A stretch of DNA of 60,210 bases, filler included, from Sluysia triapertura (taxonomy: Eukaryota): assembly GCA_046118255.1 (NCBI GenBank). It is 5 parts of 5 records of this genome, joined end to end, with 100 filler letters (N's around TTAATTAATTAA, not from the genome) between each part and the next. Parts side by side here need not be neighbours in the genome. Positions count along the whole stretch, not along the records: positions 47,776 to 60,210 come from JBJNIA010110090.1; 4 more parts are not named here. One strand, 5' to 3'. The translations under genes were made by a program, and so were the position numbers. Below the pieces are notes generated by a model, which did no database searches, was not told the origin of the DNA, and was given only the letters and a program-made list of their open reading frames with translations. Below are positions 51,383-60,210 of this stretch, piece by piece. How positions within the stretch are numbered: the first letter of the stretch is position 1; each line of letters starts with the position of its first letter.

Positions 51383-51478
51383 GATTTGGAAGATTATATC
51401 GTTTTGAAGTTCGTGCAGTAAATTCAAATAACGACTTAGGTATTCCAGCATTTCTTAATATATCAGCATTAGAAAATG
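51383..51478 (+). CDS. FN3 exon (C-terminal half domain) of a LAR/RPTP-like receptor
   Basis: TTTTAG acceptor and GTTAGT donor, 96 nt, phase 1-1: FGRLYRFEVRAVNSNNDLGIPAFLNISALEN (FN3 Y.F.V.A.N..G motif). Splices in frame to 52646. Confidence 0.75.
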
Positions 51479-51629
51479 GTTAGTCAATTTATTTATACAA
51501 AACATATAAATTAAATATTAAATTTTTAATGTTCTAATAATCGAACAAAGAAAGGCATTTTATTCCTGACTTGATTATAATTATATTTCTGACTTGATTT
51601 TATTGTTTCTAGAGATTATTAAGAATTTA

Positions 51630-51926
51630 CTGTAAAATCCCGAGCATAAGCTGCAGCTAATATTATTTATTTATTTCAATTTTCAACATCACACTCCTCA
51701 AAACCATTATACTTTTCTTTGTCAATAAAAGTGAAATTTTCCAGTAATTCTACAAGGTCATGAAAAACTGCAATGTTTGGATCAGACTCATTCACATTCA
51801 TTTCATTTTCTTCAACTTCAAGAACATCAATGCAAATGGTGCAGCTAATACTTGCTGCAGCTTATACGTCTAAAAAATACACTTCCATAAAAACGTTCTC
51901 TGCAGCTTATGCTCGGAATTTTACAG
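51630..51926. mobile_element. Tc2/pogo-like (Tc1/mariner superfamily) MITE, 297 bp, intronic
   Basis: TA at 51628-9 and 51927-8 flank 27-bp TIRs CTGTAAAATCCCGAGCATAAGCTGCAG / CTGCAGCTTATGCTCGGAATTTTACAG (26/27 match). Internal GCAGCT(T/A)ATA subterminal repeats. Confidence 0.92.
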
Positions 51927-52219
51927 TAACTTTTTTTTGCATTATTCTCGTCTTTTGTAAAGCTCAACAAAATTCAGAAATTCATACTCACTAGCTGAAA
52001 CTTCTGAAAAGATAGCCTATAGCTCTACTATTTGTTAATGAAATTAAAAATAAAGTATATATTTTATTATAATTATTGTTTCAGATCTATATTAAAATTA
52101 TAGTTTTAATTGTAAAAATTTTCATTTTAAAAAAAACATTAATATATGATAAAATATATCCTAAAGTTTTCTTAAATAATTAAATTAATTTATGTGAATC
52201 AAATAATTTTAATTCATAG

Positions 52220-52226
52220 AATAATG

Positions 52227-52277
<51 letters not shown>
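52220..52277. repeat. (TAA)n microsatellite
   Basis: Direct read. Confidence 0.95.
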
Positions 52278-52645
52278 TTAATATTAATAATAAATAAATA
52301 AAAATGAAAATAATAAGGTATTTATTAATTAAAAATTTAATTGATTATAAGTCATTTTTGAACAAGTGTAAAAATTTGTTTCACATTTTCGCTGTAAACA
52401 AAATTAAATCAAAATTAAAGAAATATAAACAAATTATAAATAAATAATAAACAAATAAATAATTATATAATAATTAATAATTAATTAAAAACATTACATT
52501 ATGTACGTGAAATAAGTTAATTAATAATTAATTATAAATTAAAAAATTACTGATTCAGTTTAGTCAATAACTTAAACCAAATAAATTATTCTGAATTATA
52601 GTTATTGTTTTATTAAAATGATAATAATAAATTTTATTTATTCAG

Positions 52646-52942
52646 CACCAGATGGACCACCAGTTGATATTGTTTTTATTGGATTAAATGCGCGATCTGT
52701 AAATGTTTCATGGAAACCGCCACTCCCTGAATTTCAAAACGGTGCGATAAACAATTATGAAGTTCTTTATTATTTATATGGATCAAAAAATTCCTCGAGT
52801 CGTTACGTCGATACGAAAAAACAATTCGTAACTATTAATGGTCTCAACAAAGACAGCTTGTATACTTTTCAGGTTCGAGCTTCAACCAAAGCTGGAGCAG
52901 GACCTTGGTCACCTGAGTTTAATTATAGAACTGCTATAATCT
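52646..52942 (+). CDS. Complete FN3-domain exon of a LAR/RPTP-like cell-surface receptor
   Basis: TTCAG acceptor and GTAAGT donor, 297 nt: APDGPPVDIVFIGLNARSVNVSWKPPLPEFQNGAINNYEVLY...GLNKDSLYTFQVRASTKAGAGPWS. A canonical FN3 of LAR/DCC/Dscam type. Confidence 0.9.
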
Positions 52943-55900
52943 GTAAGTATTTAAATAAAATTATTATTATTATTTTTATTTTTATTATTATTTTTATTAT
53001 TATTATTTTTATTATTATTATCATTATTATTTTGAATGCCCATTAAATATATGAATAAATAGCCAGTATCACTATAGTAATTAACGCTAAAGAAATTGTG
53101 TGCATTTCTCATGGGATTTATTATAGATCATAATTATATGTTGTATTTTTGTTTCTTTCGCCAAACCCAATTTGTGTATATTATTTCTGGACTTTAAAAT
53201 GACTATCTATCTCAACTTTAGTTACTTCATAATTGTTATAAATAAATTTTATCATCAAAATCCATTTTTTATTGTTTTAATCAGGTCTGGAGGATATATT
53301 TATAATATCGATAATAATAATAATAATAAATTTTTGTTATTCTAAACCACAAAAGTATTATTTATAAAGCAATTCATTATTTCAATGAAATATCCAAAGT
53401 ACTCAATAAATTTCTTATATGAATAATAATATAATCGTCTTTATTTTCTGAAACTGATATCTTTTGAATAGATGTTATTTTATTTACATTATATCTATGT
53501 TCAATTTTTAACTGAATCAAATAATTTCACTTTTTGCAAAACAAATCAAAACAATTTTAAAAGAAATTCACCGACGCAGACATACATATACAAAAACTTC
53601 TTCAGCTTACTGCATCAATTTATATATTTTATGCTGATCATTGTGGTATACTTAACAGACATTGTGTTAACATAAACAATTTATGTTTTGATCATCAGAA
53701 ACAAATGTTTTACATTTTCATAGATCTTTGCTGTCGGTTGAAAAGTATCATCTTCGAAATAATAATGTAAATCCATTTATATTTTAAATAAAAAATTTCA
53801 ATTTTTCGATTTTTTTGAAAAATTGTTAAATTATGGAATATTTCTTTAAATTTATTTACTTAACTCTTCATCTAGGCTTAGATTAGCACTTTTAAGCACT
53901 TTTAAGAAGTTGCTGTAACTTTTTCCTGGTAATGTTTTAATTTAGCTAAATTTAGATACTGTGAATTGAATGAAATTTTAAATTTTGGAATTTAATAATT
54001 AATTTTATTTTATAACTAATTAGTTAATTAATTTTAATAACTAATCACTTTATTTTATTATACAATAATAAAGTTCAAAAAAACAAAAATACTCACATTA
54101 ATATAATTATTTTCCATTATATTTTCATTTATATTTATTTCTTAAATACCATGGTTCAAATAAATATTAAAAATGTCAACTTTATTATGATTTGATAATT
54201 AATAAAAGTTTAATTTTTCTGAAATAAAAGTACTTATTCTTGAAATATTAAAAATACTTAATTTAATTATATTGACCTAAATTAAACTAAGTTATCTAAG
54301 CACAGTTATAAATCATGTGCAAATTATTGGCAAATGCACAATTTATATACATTATTTTATAGTTAATTTATCAATGCAACATAATTTTATTTGCCACTAA
54401 ATTCAATTATTCCATTATATTTTGTGATGCGTATATTTAAAAGTATAACCCATTTTAGCTTAATAGATCGAGCAAAATTGGGGAAAAATTGACTTATCAT
54501 TTTTTAAACTTTTTCGCTAAAACTTAACACTAATATTTTTGTAAAAATAACATTCTTCCTAATGAAAAAACACATCGTATAGTTTCGTATTGATAACTAC
54601 TCGGGTAAGATGCAGAAAGATATTTAATTTTCTTGTATTTACTTGGCTAATTATACCTACCACGTACCTATTACACATCACCCATGGCTCTGAATAGACT
54701 GCAGTACCTTGCCCCACTTTTAAAATAAATACTTTCAAGTGGTGTAAATACATGCAATACACGAGATGAATATTAATAGTGCGTTAATAAAACTTATTTT
54801 TATTTATATCAGAATCATAATTGCAAATTTTATTTAAAATTAAATAATTAATCATATGGTAATTTCAAGTTTACTGAATCTTATCAGGGTTTGGTTTATA
54901 GGTGCGTGTGTGTGATAATATTATTGAAAATAGAAGTAAAATAGATGTAAATAATATAGAGAAAATAAAAGTTTTAAAATTATAAATTTTAGCAAATAAT
55001 TTCTAATATTATACTGAAAAAAAGTAATTTAAAAATAAAAAAATGAGGAATTTTTCATTTTTAGATTGTTTTACCAAAAAAATTAATTTTAATTTCATTT
55101 CGATTGTTAATTAATTATTAATGTTTCTTTTATATTAAAAGTTCAAAAAAAACTTGCATTAAGGTTATATTTAAGATAAATTAAATTTTAAATAAAAATA
55201 TTTTACGAAATCAATATTTTTATTATTATAATTAATTTTACCATTATTTTTATTATACTTTATTGCATTATTTTATATTAAAGCATCCATAAAAATAATT
55301 AATATCTTACATTAATATTAATATGATTAATAACAATTGTGGATCATGTAATTAAGAATGATATATTGATTAATGATTTTAATTGTTGAATTGTATAAAG
55401 TAAATTTATTTTAAAAATTTTGTCAATCTTTATCATTCTAACAAATTTACATGCAAACAAAAAGAAACATTGAAAAAATATTTCATCGGTGTTCTGTTAC
55501 TTATGGAAGTTTACACATTCTTTGGTAATATAAAGTCTTTTGCATAGACTTATAGTATTAAAATAATAAAATAATAAAAATATATTTTATTACGCATCTT
55601 GATAAACAAAATATATTTGAAGCATACTTATCTTAAACTATGTATTTTAAAAGTTATTTTTATTTGTATGCTAAAAAATTTATTTTTTATATTGTAGATC
55701 AAAATCATTTATAAAAATCATTAACATTAGGATCTTTATAAAACCATTACGATCTAAATGACTTTGATAATAAATGAAAATTAAAATGACGATTTTTATT
55801 ATTAACATAATTTTATAATGAGCATTATATTTACAATATTATTGATTAATTTCAAATATTTTAGTGAAAAAATAATATTATTCATAATAATTGCATTGTA

Positions 55901-56075
55901 ATATTGCAATACAATTTCGATGTAAAATACATTTATTGTAATAATAATAATAATTATTTTTATTAATTTCATTAAGATTTCATTATAAAGTACATATACT
56001 GTAATAATAATTATTATTTTTATTATTTTTAATTATAAACAGAACTCCACTTATAAATTTTTAAATTTTATTTAG

Positions 56076-56780
56076 TGCCTGATCCTCCCATAAATATAAT
56101 TGCAACACGTTTAAATGAACATCAAATGAAAGTAACTTGGGATCTATCTCCACAACCCAAAGGTGTTACTATCCAAGGATTTAAACTATATTATTGCAGT
56201 AAAAGTCTTCTAGAAGACCTAGACAATTGTGAACATATTTATTTAGGTGTTGTATTTTCGCATATAATTACTGATCTTAAATTTAATGGCAAATATGAAG
56301 TGCCTCTTCAATCACAAGGCGTTGATAATAGATTTGGACGGTTAAGTAAAATAGCTTACACTCCTACGTAATCCAAAGTTCAATATGTGGACCTGTTAGT
56401 AAAAAATCTTATTTATAGTACTCAACAGAAATCTATTCAACTGAATCGGAGTCAACCATTAGTAACGAAAATGTTGAACAAATTTTTGATTAAGATTGGA
56501 GGATACAAAACATGTACTGACGAAAACGGAAAACAAGAAACCAACAAAAGAACATTTCATGCGTGAAGTACAAAACAATGAAACCTATGGACACTTTGTT
56601 GTGAATTTAAAAGATATGATACCAAATACTGTATACGATGTCTCCGTTGAAACATCATACTAAACGAATGGTACTAGTGTTCAGTATATACAAAGCACGG
56701 GTTATAGAACGAAAATGGAAAGACCTGCATATGTGCATATTTCTGAAATTTATTCACTAAATGAAACTACAAAAGAGTAA
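56076..56780 (+). pseudogene. Decayed/truncated exon with two FN3 domains of the same LAR/RPTP-like gene
   Basis: TTTAG acceptor in phase with the previous exon. PDPPINIIATRLNEHQMKVTWD...DLKFNGKYEV...GVDNRFGRLS, then TAA at 56369; a second FN3 (SIQLNRSQP...DMIPNTVYDVSVETSY*...RTKMERP) has further stops and a frameshift. No TM or PTP domain follows. Confidence 0.75.
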
Positions 56781-56813
56781 CAAAAGAATTATTCATAAAT
56801 TAATTTAATTTAG

Positions 56814-56913
56814 CAAAAGAAGTACCACAAATGGACAGAAGGTCTTATATCGGCCGCGAAAGCATTTGGAGCAGGTGCTGTTTGGTTATGTGAAGCTGCA
56901 GATAATTCGTTAG
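56814..56913 (+). pseudogene. HIP1: Orphan HIP1/HIP1R/Sla2 I/LWEQ (THATCH) domain exon
   Basis: TTTAG|QKKYHKWTEGLISAAKAFGAGAVWLCEAADNSL|GTAAAG, versus HIP1/Sla2 YxKNxRWTEGLISA(A/S)KAVGWGAxxLVEAAD. Stop-free; no other clear HIP1 exon nearby. Confidence 0.8.
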
Positions 56914-57004
56914 GTAAAGACGAAATAGACATTTATTTTAAATTTGTCTTTGTTTTATTAGTTTTATATAGGATTTCTTTATAGAATTATCGTAATTTCA
57001 TTTA

Positions 57005-57648
57005 ATGGCATCAAAAATATTAGAAACGTTCAAACGATTTCCTCAGCAAATTCCAATTTTCAAGAAAGTTGATAAATGTCAAGCAGGATCGTTTGCTAAT
57101 TATAATGTTAAGTTTGGAAAATTAGTTAATGTGATGTGCTATGATAGTGATGCTCTTCTTAACCTTATTGCAATTGGAAATAGTTTCGGTGAACTAAAAA
57201 TATTTGGTTTTCCTAAGATAGCCAGTACCTTATTTTATAACTGTAAAGGAATTAAGTTTTTAAAATTTTTGCCTGGAGAAGATCGCTTGCTATCAGTTAA
57301 TTCAGGCATTGAATTCATTATGTGGGAATTTAATAAAACTTTAAACAAATGGAAAGTATCTGACTTGAAGTTAATTTCAATAGGAGGAGAATTGAATGAT
57401 GTAAGAATAGATGTTACCAAAGTTCTTGATGAAAAAGGTCCAAATGATAAGTTATTACATGTTATGGTAATATGCTTGGGTAACTCAGTATTTAAATATG
57501 CATTAATCATTGGTGGAAAAATTCATTTATACGACGATGAATTAATGAATAAGACCAACATTCTTGAAAGGTAAGTTTAGAGCTTTTTATTAATTATCTT
57601 TAAATTATGTTTAATTAAAAGTTATCAAAAGCAAAAATCTCATTTTTA

Positions 57649-57711
<63 letters not shown>

Positions 57712-60064
57712 CGTATTAATAATAGCATTGTAACCTGTAGATATGCCTATATACAAATATTGTCTGAAGAGCATATTTTTTTAGTTTGTATGTGTCTATT
57801 TTTTCTTCCCTTTCTGAAACTATACTTATAATAAGTATCACGATTTGTTTGGTTACCATAACTACTCTATTTTTCTGCCATTAGAAATCGATAACTCAAA
57901 TATGCTTGTTTTCTTGTTTTATTGAATTGAATGCTTGTATTAAGGCAAGTTTGAATTATATGGAATTCGTAATTATTAATCATATTTTTGTGGAAAATTT
58001 ATTAATTTTTAAAGTTTAATTAAATTTGTTATTTTGTATAGCGTAAAATATATTTTGCACTTAAATGACATTTAATTTCCCGCCACATATGAATCATGCA
58101 TTAGTTATATGATGTCATTGATAGTTCACATTAATAAACGACCGAAGTTAATGATTATTTTAATTTTTTTGTGCATATGCTCTTTAAATTTAATCAATTT
58201 TGCGGTTTTATTGCATAATTTAAAATTTGAAATGTTACTAGATTTTTTACTTTTACATACAATCATGTTATGTGAGTTAAATTAAATTTATTAATTTAAT
58301 TTTCTAAAAATAAACGATTGAATTAACATATTTTTTAATTGAACTATTAATTCAAACTTTTATATTTTTAGAGAATATAAATTTTTGGATATAATTTTTG
58401 AAAAATTTTTTAGGTATTTGTATTAATGTATCATTAGAATTAATATAAAAATCAAAATCTTATAAACGTAATACTTTTGATTTTCTAATGACTGATTCAA
58501 AATTTTGTGTGAATGCATTTTTCATAATGAAAGTAAATAAAATTGAAAAAGGAGATAAATTATTCTGAAATAATTTAGTAATTGAAATTAGTTTTGTTGC
58601 ATTACTAGATAATAACCCTATCTTTATATTCTTCAGTAACTGAAAAGAACATGCATAAGACCATTTGTAATGCCTCGAATCCGACGTAATAGCATCTATA
58701 ATTATAATTGTATAAACAACACAAAACAATAAAATACCTTTCATTAAAAAACATTTTAATGAAGAATAATCATACTTGAAATTTGTAAATAAATTATGTA
58801 ACCATAATTATCTTTATAGTAGGAAACAGAGTAATTGTAAATAAATTACTAGCTCATAAGACTAGCTCATAGAATTTTAATGTAATTTCCTTAATATAGC
58901 TAAATTGGCAATTTTATTATTTCAGTTGTGGATTAGATAAAGAAACTGATCTGGGTGAATTGATAAATATTGAATTTTGTAATAAGATTAAACATAGATT
59001 TGTATTGTTATTTAAAAATGGACTCGCAATGATCAATGATATGGATATGTCAAAACCAGAATCGATGGAAAACACAGAACAACCTGCATCACCATTGCCT
59101 ACTTCCGAAGAGAATAAAGAAACTTCTGTTGAAGCAAATAATGAGAAGAAAAATGATTCCAATGAAAATGAAAAAAACTCAGAAAAAATAGTAGAAGCAC
59201 CAGCTGAAGAAGCACCTAAATCTGAAGAAGGTACACAAGTTGCAGAAACATCAACTAAATCTGAACAAGAAACTTCTAAGGAAGAGCAAGAATCTCCAAA
59301 AGATGAAAAGGATGAGAAAGCAGCATCGACTTCGCAACCAAATGCAACTGCTACAAAAGAACAAATTGCTTCAACGAATCAGTTAACATTTTTAAGTATC
59401 AATAAATCGAAATATGTTGGTCATATACAAATCAATAAACCGTTAGGAAGTTGTTGGTTAACAAATGAAGACAAATTGGCTTTTGTAGATGAATTGGGAA
59501 GCATCTGTCATTATGAATTTCACGAAGATAAATATGCTGCTGTTACAGATAATGATATAAAATTAAGCGATACTCTTTTGGAGTCTTCTGTTTCTCTGTT
59601 GAAATCCAATTACATTCATGAGTTAGTATTTACATAAAATTAAATTTTAATTTATTGATTATGCTTAGATTGTTATTTTATATTGAAAATATTTATTCAG
59701 TTCTTATTACTACACATTTTTAATGAAACAAACAGATTCAAGCTATAAATTGGTTCTAGTACACAAAGGGCGTATAGTTAAAGAATTCTGCACTTCTGAT
59801 CCGATTTTACATTGTGGTTATTTAAATGAACAGTATTTGGAAAACATAAAAACAGAAACATCAGATGAAGAAAAAATCAATGAAAAGGACGAAGCAGAAA
59901 TTAAACCTTGGAATTGCGATACACAACCTCCAAATGTATTTTATATGTTAACTGATAAAGAAATAATTCTGGTCAATTTATTAACTGGCATCGATGAAAT
60001 GAAATGTCCTCATTTTGTATTGGATAAATTCGAAGAAGTTTCAGTTATTTCAGAGATAATTAAG
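57005..60064 (+). CDS. Lethal giant larvae / tomosyn (Sro7) family WD40 protein, 5' part, divergent; continues beyond window
   Basis: Exons 57005-57570, 58926-59621 and 59701-60064, joined by phase-compatible GT-AG introns. YDSDALLNLIAIGNSFGELKIFGFPKI...IKFLKFLPGEDRLLSV...MWEF matches Lgl/tomosyn (Y.P.L..LAIGT..G.IK.YG.PGV...FLPG...L.S...LW). CGLDKETDLGELINIE...VLLFKNGL matches Lgl CGKALGPVESL...ILIGYSRGL. Confidence 0.8.
57649..57710. repeat. (AAT)n microsatellite in intron
   Basis: Direct read. Confidence 0.95.
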
Positions 60065-60210
60065 GTTTAAAATTATAAATTTTAAAAATTTGTAATAAAT
60101 AATTTTTGTATTGAATATTATTTTACAACTTAAACACCAATGTGAAAATCTGTTTCGGTCTTTAATCTTTATCTCTTTATTTAAATTCGATTATATCTGA
60201 AGGTTATTCT

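Noticed and set aside
1-60210. Alternative genetic code (stop reassignment) explaining the many in-frame stops
   Set aside because: Intact TAO, FN3 and Lgl exons contain no in-frame stops, TAO ends at TAA, and the stop-containing regions mostly also carry frameshifts or lost catalytic residues.

Overview
Very AT-rich (roughly 20-25% GC by eye) eukaryotic scaffold with GT-AG introns and many (TAA)n microsatellites. An innexin remnant, TAO kinase, a LAR-type FN3 receptor, HIP1 and Lgl/tomosyn point to an invertebrate animal. It is not prokaryotic, and there is no CRISPR, rRNA or tRNA. Four 100-nt gaps carry an artificial TTAATTAATTAA six-frame-stop linker, so the window may be several contigs stitched together. 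Spliced genes I can reconstruct by hand: (1) the C-terminal six exons of a TAO kinase (minus, 15077-23755), with one 1-nt frameshift and no kinase domain in the window; (2) three FN3 exons of a LAR/RPTP-like receptor (51383-56780), the last decayed; (3) the 5' part of a divergent Lgl/tomosyn-family WD40 gene (57005 to beyond the window end). The rest is a dense graveyard of decayed host-gene fragments (innexin, PET/LIM, GPCR-like, CCA-adding enzyme, CCCH finger, FN3, histone H2B, a HIP1 I/LWEQ exon, a possible SF2 helicase, two unknown ORFs). It also holds transposon relics (Tc3, mariner, piggyBac, hAT, L2/Crack LINEs), two clean MITEs, and an unclassified ~1.5-2 kb non-coding repeat with a CTAG palindrome that forms a 3.2-kb foldback. 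The most unusual spot is the FN3 / HIP1 / Lgl chimeric junction at 56076-57010. All family assignments come from remembered motifs, not database searches.
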